Below, one piece after another: positions 10,077 to 18,661 of a DNA stretch of 64,000 bases. The translations under genes and the position numbers were made by a program. The notes beneath the pieces are model-generated. The model worked only from the letters and a program-made list of their open reading frames with translations. It was not told the DNA's origin and did no database searches. Position 1 is the stretch's first letter. Every line of letters starts with the position of its first letter. Source of the stretch: Ostreococcus lucimarinus. Lineage: Eukaryota. Location of the stretch: the NCBI GenBank assembly GCA_000092065.1, contig CP000595.1, one strand, 5' to 3'.

Positions 10077-10958
10077 CTAAGCGAGCGAGAGCTCTTCGTC
10101 GTTCGCGCGCTTGCCCGAGACCAAATCGTTGTAGAAGTGGTGCGTCTCTTCGATGACGCCGAGCGTGTACGCTCTATCCATGCACTTGTCGTCCAAACCG
10201 AATTTGTTTTGTGGCTTACCGTCCGGAGTCTTGTAGTCACGGAACCACACGCGAATCTTTTCGAGTTCGCCCGGGAAGTGCTTTTCGACGTCGGCGACGT
10301 CGTTGATGTCGCTCGCCTTCGGGTCGTTGACGCTAATCGCGATCACCTTCCAGTCAAGCTCACCATCGTCAATCATGGCGTAAACGCCCACGGGTTTCAC
10401 CGGCGTCACCGAACCCATGGCCAACGCGCTGGAACCGATCTCCACGACGTCAACCGGATCGTTGTCGCCCGAAACCTTCATCGTCGGGTGTTCGTGCTTG
10501 GGATCTTCCCACGTTTGCGGTAACATGCCGTAGTTCCAGTTGATGTTGTACGGATAATCGCGAAGCTTGCCCTTCTTCGTGTCTTGCTTAATCGGGGTCA
10601 ACTTCTCATCCGTCGCCACTTCCATCTTCGCCTTCGTCTCCTTCGGGATCTCGCACAAAAAGTTGAACGTTCCGTCGGCGTTCTTGAGCGGAACGCCGTG
10701 CCACGCGCTCACGGTGTTCTGCGCCTCGTCCTTGATGAAGCATCGGAACTCCAGGCTCGGGAAATCCCCCACCTTTTCATTCGCGTACGCCGCGCTGATG
10801 ACGCGCGTGCGCTGCACGCTTCGTCGCTGCTGATGCGCGCGCGCCGTCGACGCGCTCGGCGCCGGCGTCGATCGCACCGACGAACCCATCGCGCGCAAAC
10901 GCGACGTCACCGCGCGCGACACCGCGCGCGCCATGAAAATCTGAGACGCCGAGGACAT
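10077..10958 (-). CDS. Soluble inorganic pyrophosphatase (family I), probably plastid-targeted
   Basis: Motifs SGDNDPVDVVEIGS and DDGELDWKVIAISVNDP; S/T/R-rich N-terminal presequence. The ORF-track start at 11072 is GTG; the first ATG is at 10958. Confidence 0.9.
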   Translation of the reverse strand: MSSASQIFMARAVSRAVTSRLRAMGSSVRSTPAPSASTARAHQQRRSVQRTRVISAAYANEKVGDFPSLEFRCFIKDEAQNTVSAWHGVPLKNADGTFNFLCEIPKETKAKMEVATDEKLTPIKQDTKKGKLRDYPYNINWNYGMLPQTWEDPKHEHPTMKVSGDNDPVDVVEIGSSALAMGSVTPVKPVGVYAMIDDGELDWKVIAISVNDPKASDINDVADVEKHFPGELEKIRVWFRDYKTPDGKPQNKFGLDDKCMDRAYTLGVIEETHHFYNDLVSGKRANDEELSLA

Positions 10959-11159
10959 GTCGAGCGAGGCGCGCGGTCCGCGAGATTCGCGCGATCGACG
11001 GCGCTCGCGTGTCGCGCGCGCTCGAGTGCGCGACGCCGCGCGCGCGCTATCCGAAACGAACGCCACAAACACGGACCGTCACGTCCACGGACAGTCCGCG
11101 TGTGACTGACGATCGGCGCGTCCGTCGCGCCGTCGGCGGCGACGGAGCGCGACGCATCC

Positions 11160-12203
11160 ATGGCGAGCGGGGCGCAGCGACGGAAGCGGAAGCGAGAGAG
11201 CGAGAAACGCGAGGCGTGGGTGCGATTCGACGCCGCGGGCGGGGACCTGAGCGCGTACGAACGCTCGTTAGAGGAAGATGCGACGGCGAAAAAGGCGCGC
11301 GCGGCGGCGGCGAGACGGGCGGCGGACGTGGAGGCGCTGAACGACGCGACGGGGTCGAGGGAGGCGGACGAACGAGGGCAAGATCGCGAACGGGCGTCGT
11401 CGTCGCTGCTGCGGGACGCGGTCGGCGTGCGCGTGCGCGTTCGCAAGGACTCGGCGCACGCGCTGCGCGTGCTCTGCCGAGCGACGAGCGACGGCGACTG
11501 CTTCTTCGCGTGCGGGCAACCCCGATCGTGGGGGAGACGAGGGATCGAGGCCGTGGTGAACGCGCTCGGATTTGGGGTTCTGGAGTACGACGAAATCACG
11601 CTCAGTAAGGCGCCCGAGCTGGCGGCGTGCGTGATTCGCTTGGACGCCGACGACGAAAACGCCTCCGTCAAGCGGAAGAAGAAGCGCGCGGGCGGTGTGG
11701 GAAGCGCCGTGGAGACATTCTTGGCGCGAGCGGAGAAACTAGTCGAGCCCATTCAAGCACCTGACGTGAGCGGGGACGAGATCGATCGCGACGGTGGTGG
11801 GCTCAACGCTTGGGTCGCCGCACACCGCCGCAAGCGTCCCGGCTCGGCGCAAGCCGTGACGGCGAGCATCGACGCGTGGTTTGAGAAGAAGGAAGCCGAG
11901 GAAGCGGCGGCTGAGGAGGCTGCTAACGCGGTAAAGAGTGACGATGGATGGACAAAGGTAGAAGCGAAACGTGGACGCAGAAAGACGACGGAGGAGTCCA
12001 CGGGAACAACCATCGGAAGCATACGCGCCGCCACCGCGGATAGAAGGCGAAAGGAGCCAAAGAAAATCGCCGGCGAACAGTTTTATCGCTTTCAGAGCAA
12101 GGAAAAGAAGCGCAATGAGATTATCGAGCTCCAAGCAAAGTTTGAGCAGGACAAGCAACGTATCGCTCGTCTCAAGGCCGCGCGTAAGTTTAGACCGATG
12201 TGA
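11160..12203 (+). CDS. RRP7: Ribosomal RNA-processing protein 7 (RRP7) homolog
   Basis: The C-terminus FYRFQSKEKKRNEIIELQAKFEQDKQRIARLKAARKFRP matches the conserved RRP7 C-terminal domain. ATG at 11160. Confidence 0.7.
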   Translation: MASGAQRRKRKRESEKREAWVRFDAAGGDLSAYERSLEEDATAKKARAAAARRAADVEALNDATGSREADERGQDRERASSSLLRDAVGVRVRVRKDSAHALRVLCRATSDGDCFFACGQPRSWGRRGIEAVVNALGFGVLEYDEITLSKAPELAACVIRLDADDENASVKRKKKRAGGVGSAVETFLARAEKLVEPIQAPDVSGDEIDRDGGGLNAWVAAHRRKRPGSAQAVTASIDAWFEKKEAEEAAAEEAANAVKSDDGWTKVEAKRGRRKTTEESTGTTIGSIRAATADRRRKEPKKIAGEQFYRFQSKEKKRNEIIELQAKFEQDKQRIARLKAARKFRPM

Positions 12204-12246
12204 TTCTAGAAATAGTAGATGTGCCATAACAGACGACGAAAAAACT

Positions 12247-12665
12247 CATTCTATCGAGCCGAGCGACTCAGTGTCCGTGTCCGTGTCCGTGTCCGTGGTC
12301 GTGCTTCTTTTCACCGTGTCCGTGTCCGTGGTCGTGCTTCTTTTCACCGTGCCCGTGTCCGTGGTCGTGCTTCTTTTCACCGTGCCCGTGCCCGTGGTCG
12401 TGGGCTTCGCACTTTTCGTCGGAGCAGCACTTTTCACCGTCGGCGTGCGAGTGCCCGTGATCGTGCTTCTTCTCGCCGTGCCCGTGCCCGTGCCCGTGAT
12501 CGTGCTTCTTCTCGCCGTGCCCGTGTCCGTGGCACTCCTCACCGCCGTGGTCGTGCTCGCACTTTTCGCCCTCCGCGTGCGAGTGCCCGTGTCCGTGCGA
12601 GTGGTGCGTGCCGTCGCAGGGTACTCCATCGTGCGAGTGCCCGTGCGTGTGTTCCTCTTCGTCAT
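12247..12665. repeat. Tandem 33-36-bp coding repeats (His-Gly units) of the histidine-rich protein
   Basis: The unit gtccgtg(gtcgtg)cttcttttcaccgtg is repeated about 12 times and encodes HGHGHGEKKHDHG on the minus strand. Confidence 0.85.
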
Positions 12666-13059
12666 CCACTTTAGGTTTTTCCTTTAGCACCACCTCGCCA
12701 TCGTTTGACATCGCTTCCGTCGCCTTCGTCGTCAAAGAGTACGTCGTCTTTTCCCCGCCGCTCGCCGTCACGGTCACCTCGATCGTCGCGTTCGCCGGTC
12801 GATTCGCCATGTTCCCGATCACGCCGTCGATCGCGATCGTGCACCCGGGTGCGAACGACGTCGCCATCACGTTCACGTGCGTCGCTCGAGGCGCGATCAA
12901 GACGTCATACGCCGTCGTAGACGCCGCAAACTTGGGCGACAACGTCGCGTCGAGTTTGACGAATCCTTTCGACGACGCGTCGTCGAGCGATTGCGCGGCG
13001 TCGTCCAAGGGGCGTCGCGCGTCGACTTTGAGGAAAGCTAGAGTAGGAGCGGCAGACAT
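12268..13059 (-). CDS. Histidine-rich tandem-repeat protein with an N-terminal cadherin-like beta-sandwich domain
   Basis: The N-terminal LDATLSPKFAASTTAYDVLIAPRATHVNVMATSFAPGCTIAIDGV...TYSLTTKA resembles the cadherin-like beta-sandwich domain. The C-terminus holds about 12 tandem units HDHGHGHGEKK(HDHGHG), encoded by 33-36-bp DNA repeats at 12247-12665. The likely ATG is at 13059; the ORF-track upstream extension is R-rich and spurious. Confidence 0.6.
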   Translation of the reverse strand: MSAAPTLAFLKVDARRPLDDAAQSLDDASSKGFVKLDATLSPKFAASTTAYDVLIAPRATHVNVMATSFAPGCTIAIDGVIGNMANRPANATIEVTVTASGGEKTTYSLTTKATEAMSNDGEVVLKEKPKVDDEEEHTHGHSHDGVPCDGTHHSHGHGHSHAEGEKCEHDHGGEECHGHGHGEKKHDHGHGHGHGEKKHDHGHSHADGEKCCSDEKCEAHDHGHGHGEKKHDHGHGHGEKKHDHGHGHGEKKHDHGHGHGHGH

Positions 13060-13237
13060 TTTCGCGCGTGCGTTCGCGCGCGACGGGGAAAAACGCGCGC
13101 GGAAGTGCGGGCGCGGAAGCGCGTCGGGTTGCTCGAGTCGCGTCGCTGATGGGGGGGCCGGTGTTAAGTTTATGTGTCTGCGTTTTTCATCAATCGCTTC
13201 GGGCGCATCCAAACCCGCGCCGACGAGCGCCGTTAAT

Positions 13238-13903
13238 CTAAAGGAAATCCATGAACGCGTCGTCTTCTTCCGCCGCTTGTTCCTCGCCAAAGTTGAGCGC
13301 GGTGAACATGAAGTCCGCCTTACCCCCCGGGACGACGAGGCCCTTGAACGTCTGCTTCTTTCGCAAGAGCTTGTTCAACGCGAAGTGCTGCTCGTCGCCC
13401 AACTTTTGGTCGCAAATATAAAACACGGCGGAGATCTTATCGTTCTCGACGTCATCGACGCAGAAGATGAACTCTTCCTCCCACGTCGGGTCCAAGCCCG
13501 CGAGCTCTTCGCTCGTGTACTCGTGGTCCTTGTACTTCAACACGACTTTGCAGCGCGGCTTTTCGATGCCGTAGAACTTCAAATCGAGCTTCTTGACGTT
13601 GCAGCAGTTGACTTCGATCTTCAATTCATTCGCTCCCGTGCCGAGCTTCTTGAGTTCTGCGCCGCAAACGAAAACAACCGCGTCAGTCGCGTCGATCGCC
13701 CATCGTCATCGCGAACGCGGATCGATCTATCCACCCATCCGTCGTCGTCGTCGTCGTCGTCGTCGTCCGTCGGGCTTCCGTCGCCGCCGATCGCGTCGTC
13801 CATCGCGATCGGTGTGCGCTGTCGCCCATCGCGCGCGCTCGCGCATCGCGCGCGCGTCGTCGCTCGCGTCGTCGTCCTTTTTCACGTCGCACGCACCCGC
13901 CAT
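13238..13903 (-). CDS. C2-domain protein, two exons: join(13903..13897, 13656..13238) on the minus strand
   Basis: The ORF track starts at a TTG. The reading frame stays open upstream with no ATG until an acceptor CGCAG (intron 13896..13657) with an ACTGAC branch motif 26 nt upstream. Exon 1 is ATGGCGG followed by a GTGCGT donor. The product is MAELKKLGTGANELKIEVNCCNVKKLDL..., with a C2-like fold (K/D-rich, PTWEEEF). Confidence 0.6.
13738..13768. repeat. (GTC)10 trinucleotide microsatellite in the C2-gene/RPS27 intergenic-intron region
   Basis: ccgtcgtcgtcgtcgtcgtcgtcgtcgtccg. Confidence 0.9.
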
Positions 13904-14154
13904 CTTTTCGTCGTTCGCGCGCGGTGTGACGGCGGCGGCGCCGCGACGACGCGCGGTTTCGTCCGAATAAACGCCTCGACATCGCGCGTCTTCTAGCGAT
14001 GCGCGCGGTCGGAATACGGGATCGGGACCACGATCGATTTCACCGATCGCGACTCGAGCGCCGCGGCGACCGACCGACCGCGCGCGCGCGCCCCGCGTCC
14101 CCCGCGTCGTCGTCGCGCGGTCCGTCTTTCCGCGCCGCACGAGAGTCCGATACG

Positions 14155-14818
14155 ATGGTACGTCGCGCGGTGATGCGATCGCGCGAGGGCGGTGAACGAC
14201 GCGCGATGGTCGTCGCGCTCGATCGCGCGGCGCTCGATCGCGCGTCGCGCGTCGCGCGCGCGCGCGCGTCGACGATGATGGCGCGCGCCGTGACCCTAGT
14301 TTGCGCGTCGACGCGCGCGCATCGCCGCGCGTGACGGACGCGCGAGATGCGCGCGGACGCCGACGCGCGCGCGGAACGCGAGGAATGTTTACGCACGCTC
14401 GATCACGCACTGACATCGCACGTGACGTCGCACGCGCCCAGGTTCTCGCTCAAGACATCGATCTTTTGAACCCGCCCGCCGCGCTCGAGGCTGGCAAGCA
14501 CAAGCTCAAGCGATTGGTGCAGTCGCCGAACTCGTTCTTCATGGATGTCAAGTGCCAAGGCTGCTTCAAGTGCGTACACGGAAACGAACGCGCGATGCGA
14601 CTCGATGCGACCGACGCGCGAGGCTTTCGATGGCGGTGTCTGAACTCGCGACTGACCGACGCGCTCGCTCGCTCTTCGTCTCGCGCAGCATCACGACGAT
14701 CTTCAGCCACTCTCAATCCGTCGTCCTCTGCGGTTCGTGCTCTGCGGTGCTCTGCCAGCCGACCGGTGGTAAGGCGCGACTCACGGAAGGCTGCGAATGG
14801 CGCCGTAAGGGCGATTAA
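14155..14818 (+). CDS. RPS27: 40S ribosomal protein S27 (eS27), three exons: join(14155..14157, 14442..14569, 14689..14818)
   Basis: Exon 1 is the ATG alone, followed by a GTACGT donor. Exon 2 encodes [43 protein letters not shown]; exon 3 encodes [42 protein letters not shown]. The protein is 86 aa. Both introns carry ACTGAC branch motifs. Confidence 0.9.
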
Positions 14819-15043
14819 TCGCGTTCGCCGCTTCCTGTAGTCTAGTATCAGAGGTTGTGAGAGGTTCTTGGCGACGCGGCGTTAGGGCGCGTGGTCGAAA
14901 AGAAGAATTTGTAGGTGTGTGAGTTTGTAACGACGAACGTTCGCATTATCTTAAACACGCGGTCTATTTTTCTACGTACGAATACACGAATACACGCAAA
15001 CGCGTTTCACGCGTCCGCGGGGCGGGAAATAATTCTCTGCTCA

Positions 15044-16120
15044 CTACGCGGCGTCGGACGCTCGCCGCGCGGAGACGTCGATGCTCTGCTTCTTCGCCTG
15101 CTCTCGCTTTTTCTCTCTGAGCTTGTTCAAATTGTACATGAAGACGGACAGAAACGCGATGACGTAGCCGACGTAATTCAGAAACGTCACCGGGTTACCG
15201 AAGAAGTGCTGCGAGGCGAAGATTAACATCCAATCCTTGATGACGCCCGCGATGTTCATAGTCAACGCGCTCGTCTTGCCGATGAGTAAAAACACCGCGA
15301 GGTTCAGCGCGAACGCGCACGTGGCGTTCAAAGTCAACATCTTCCAATCGAAAACCAACGTCGCGTCCGCCATCATCGCCGGGTACTCGACGAACATTAA
15401 CGGAAACGCCAAGAAGAACGCGCACGCCGGGGAGACGTAGTACAAGGACTGCAGCGGATTCATCGCCATGCCTTGACGCGTGATTAATATTTGTACCAAC
15501 ATCAACCGCACGGCCTCGAACAACAGCGCGCTGAGCTGCTGCGTTACGCCTAGCGTGTCGAAGTTCAACTCCCCGTACGCCGCGATGCCGACGCCGATCG
15601 CGATGACGAACATGTTCATCGACGTCGTCGCGGTTAATTTTTCCATTCTAAAAAACACCCCCACCATGTACACCAACCCCGGCATCAGCGCCTTGGTCAT
15701 CTGAATGAACGACACGCTCAAGTGCAAATACGCCGAATTACTCAACCACAGCGACGCGGCGTAAAAGAACCCGATCGGCATCACCTTGCGCGTGTACTCT
15801 TTTCGCGTCATCTTCAACCTCTTCGTCACCTTGAACACCCTGACGAGGACGGTGACGAGACTGGTGCAAAAAACCATGTGCCACATCGTCAGCGCCACGG
15901 GATACCGGAATCCGCTGTACGCCAAGATCCACTTGTTAAACATGATGACGCACATCGAGATCGTCATCCACACCGCGACAAAAAAATACGCCCTGAGACA
16001 CGACCGCGCGATGGTTTGCTCGCTCGCGTTCGCCCTCGCGTCGTCGTTCGTCCTCGCGCGCGTCCCGCCGTGCGTCGCGCTCGGTTCCGCGAGCACCGAT
16101 TTTGATTTCGTCGACGCCAT
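15044..16120 (-). CDS. Triose-phosphate/phosphate or nucleotide-sugar transporter (TPT/DMT family)
   Basis: About 10 TM helices and the typical TPT-family layout (…WMTISMCVIMFNKWIL…). ATG at 16120. Confidence 0.8.
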   Translation of the reverse strand: MASTKSKSVLAEPSATHGGTRARTNDDARANASEQTIARSCLRAYFFVAVWMTISMCVIMFNKWILAYSGFRYPVALTMWHMVFCTSLVTVLVRVFKVTKRLKMTRKEYTRKVMPIGFFYAASLWLSNSAYLHLSVSFIQMTKALMPGLVYMVGVFFRMEKLTATTSMNMFVIAIGVGIAAYGELNFDTLGVTQQLSALLFEAVRLMLVQILITRQGMAMNPLQSLYYVSPACAFFLAFPLMFVEYPAMMADATLVFDWKMLTLNATCAFALNLAVFLLIGKTSALTMNIAGVIKDWMLIFASQHFFGNPVTFLNYVGYVIAFLSVFMYNLNKLREKKREQAKKQSIDVSARRASDAA

Positions 16121-16745
16121 GACGCGCGCCTCTTCGCCTCGCCCTCGCCCGCTTCGGCGCCAATCTCAATCTCGCGCGCGTCCGAGCGTTCGATCGCCGC
16201 GCGCGCGACCGCGCGCTCGCGTCGCGCGTTCGGTGCGACGCGCCCGTCGACGGTTCGTTCCTTCGCTCGCGCGTCGACGGTTCGTTCCTTCGCCCGCGCG
16301 CCGTCGTGTCGCGCTCGTCCGTCGCCGCAATCGACGCATCGAATCGACGCATCAATCCATCGCGCGAATGCCTCGCGACGGTCGCGCCGGGCGCCAGTGC
16401 GCGCCTCGCGATCGACGAGACGCGCGATGAAGTACACGGTCGCCGCGGACGCGCTGGCGAAGATTGAACACGATGGGAAGGAGGGACACGCGGGAGCGAA
16501 GCCGCGCACGGTGATCGAGGCGCGTCCCGACGCGCGCCGCGACGAACGACGATCGAGGGGGGCTCGGATTGGATTGGCGCGGATTGGCTCGGATTGGATT
16601 GGATTCGGACCCGTGTCGTCGCGCGCGAGCCGCGTCCGAACGATCGCACGACGACGACGCGTCGGCGAGGCGCGGAATGCGATGATGGCGTCACGGACGA
16701 ACGACGACGACGACGCGGAAGACTGACGAGGGCGATCGACGCGCG

Positions 16746-18617
16746 ATGCACCAGGTTTTCAAAGCCGCGAAGGAGAGCAAGCTTCGACACACCACGGCGT
16801 TGGTGGCGTGCACGGGGGAGAAATGGACGGTGAAGGAATACTACGACGATTGCGTGAAAACGGCGAAATCGTTCATTCATCTCGGATTGGAACGATACGA
16901 GTCGGTGTGCATTCTCGGGTTTAACTCTCCGGAATGGCTGATGGCGAACAACGGCGCCATCTTCGCCGGGGGGTTCGCGGCCGGGATTTACACGACGAAC
17001 GAACCGGCGGCGTGCGAGTACATCATCGAGAACTCGAGCGCGCGCGTGGTTGTCGTGGACGGGCAAAAGCAATTGGATAAGATCTTGGAAATTCGATCGC
17101 GATTGCCCAAGCTCAAGGCGATCGTGATGTACCGCGAAGACTCCTTCTCGGATCCGGCTGGCGCGAAGGACGCGTCGCTCGCCAAGGTGTACACGTGGAA
17201 GGATTTCTTGAAGCTCGGCGATGCGGTGAGCGATGATACCCTCGAAGCTCGCATGTCCGCGCAAAAGCCGGGCAACTGCTGCACGCTCATCTACACTTCC
17301 GGAACCACGGGCAACCCGAAAGGGGTGATGATTTCCCACGACAACTGCACGTGGACGGCGTCGTCGAACATTTTGCACAACCCAACGATTACTTCGGGGC
17401 CGTTGCGTGTGGTGTCGTACTTGCCGCTTTCGCACATCGCCGCGCAAATTGTCGACATCCATTCGCCGTTGATGTGCATCGTGGACTTTGACAAGACCGC
17501 GGCCGTGTATTTTGCGCGCCCGGACGCGCTCAAGGGTACGCTCAAGGAAACGCTCATCGAAGCCAAACCGACGGTGTTCTTCGCCGTGCCGCGCGTTTGG
17601 GAGAAGTTTGCCGAAGGCTTGCAAGCCAAGGGTAAGGAAATCACCGGTTTGAAGGCCAAGATCTCCGCCTTCATGAAGGGTAAGTGCGCGGGCGTGCACG
17701 CGGCGTCTCAAGTCGGAGCCACCGTCGGCCACCCGTTCATGGGCGGCTTCGCGATGAAGTTCATGAAGAAGAAGGCTCACGCCGCTATCGGTCTCGATCA
17801 AGCGCGAGTATGCCTCACGGGCGCTGCGCCGATCATGAAGCACACGCTCGACTACTTCGGCACGATCGGCATCCACATTCTCGAAGTTTACGGTATGTCC
17901 GAAAACACTGGTCCGCAAAATGTGTGCAAGTCTGATTACTTCAAAGCCGGTTCTTGCGGCGTGCCGATTCCGGGCGTCGAGATCAAGCTCGACCACGTCA
18001 AGGGGCGCGACAAGGATGGCGAAGGTGAGATTTGCTTCCGTGGCCGTCACGTCATGATGGGTTACCTCAACAACTTGGCGAAGACCCAAGAAAGCATCGA
18101 CGAAGACGCGTGGTTGCACAGCGGCGACGTCGGCGCCATCGACCCGGAGACGAACATGCTTTCCATCACCGGTCGCATCAAGGAACTCATCATCACCGCT
18201 GGTGGCGAGAACATCGCACCGGTTCCTGTCGAAGATGCCATCAAGGGCTACCTTCCGGCGATCTCTAACGTCATGATGGTTGGCGACAAGCGCAAGTACA
18301 ACACCATGCTCGTCACCTTGCGTCAAGTTCCCGACGGCGAAGGTTTCACGGAAAAGCTCTTCGGCACGTCTCTCGAGGTCAACCGCGACGTGACGACCGT
18401 GAAGCAAGCGCAATCTGACGCGAAGTGGAAGGCTTACATCGAAGAAGGCATCGCCAAGTACAACAAGACCGCGGTTTCCAACGCTCAACGCATCCAAAAG
18501 TTCAAGATTCTCGACACCGATTTCTCCGTGCCGGGCGGTGAGCTCACGGGCACTCAAAAGCTCAAGCGCAACGTCGTCACTGAGAAGTACGCCGCTGTTA
18601 TTAACTCGATGTACTAA
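16746..18617 (+). CDS. Long-chain acyl-CoA synthetase, ACSBG ('bubblegum')-type
   Basis: AMP-binding signature LIYTSGTTGNPKGVMISHDN, plus a TGD and GEICFRGRHVMMGYL region. ATG at 16746. Confidence 0.9.
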   Translation: MHQVFKAAKESKLRHTTALVACTGEKWTVKEYYDDCVKTAKSFIHLGLERYESVCILGFNSPEWLMANNGAIFAGGFAAGIYTTNEPAACEYIIENSSARVVVVDGQKQLDKILEIRSRLPKLKAIVMYREDSFSDPAGAKDASLAKVYTWKDFLKLGDAVSDDTLEARMSAQKPGNCCTLIYTSGTTGNPKGVMISHDNCTWTASSNILHNPTITSGPLRVVSYLPLSHIAAQIVDIHSPLMCIVDFDKTAAVYFARPDALKGTLKETLIEAKPTVFFAVPRVWEKFAEGLQAKGKEITGLKAKISAFMKGKCAGVHAASQVGATVGHPFMGGFAMKFMKKKAHAAIGLDQARVCLTGAAPIMKHTLDYFGTIGIHILEVYGMSENTGPQNVCKSDYFKAGSCGVPIPGVEIKLDHVKGRDKDGEGEICFRGRHVMMGYLNNLAKTQESIDEDAWLHSGDVGAIDPETNMLSITGRIKELIITAGGENIAPVPVEDAIKGYLPAISNVMMVGDKRKYNTMLVTLRQVPDGEGFTEKLFGTSLEVNRDVTTVKQAQSDAKWKAYIEEGIAKYNKTAVSNAQRIQKFKILDTDFSVPGGELTGTQKLKRNVVTEKYAAVINSMY

Positions 18618-18661
18618 TCAACTATTCAAATGCTACGAGTAATCCTATGCTACTAATCCCA

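Noticed and set aside
15936-18557. 873-aa minus-strand ORF, the largest uncalled ORF in the track
   Set aside because: It is Arg/Ala-rich, has no motifs, and is fully antisense to the acyl-CoA synthetase gene (16746-18617), which has an unambiguous AMP-binding signature. It is a typical spurious long ORF of high-GC DNA.
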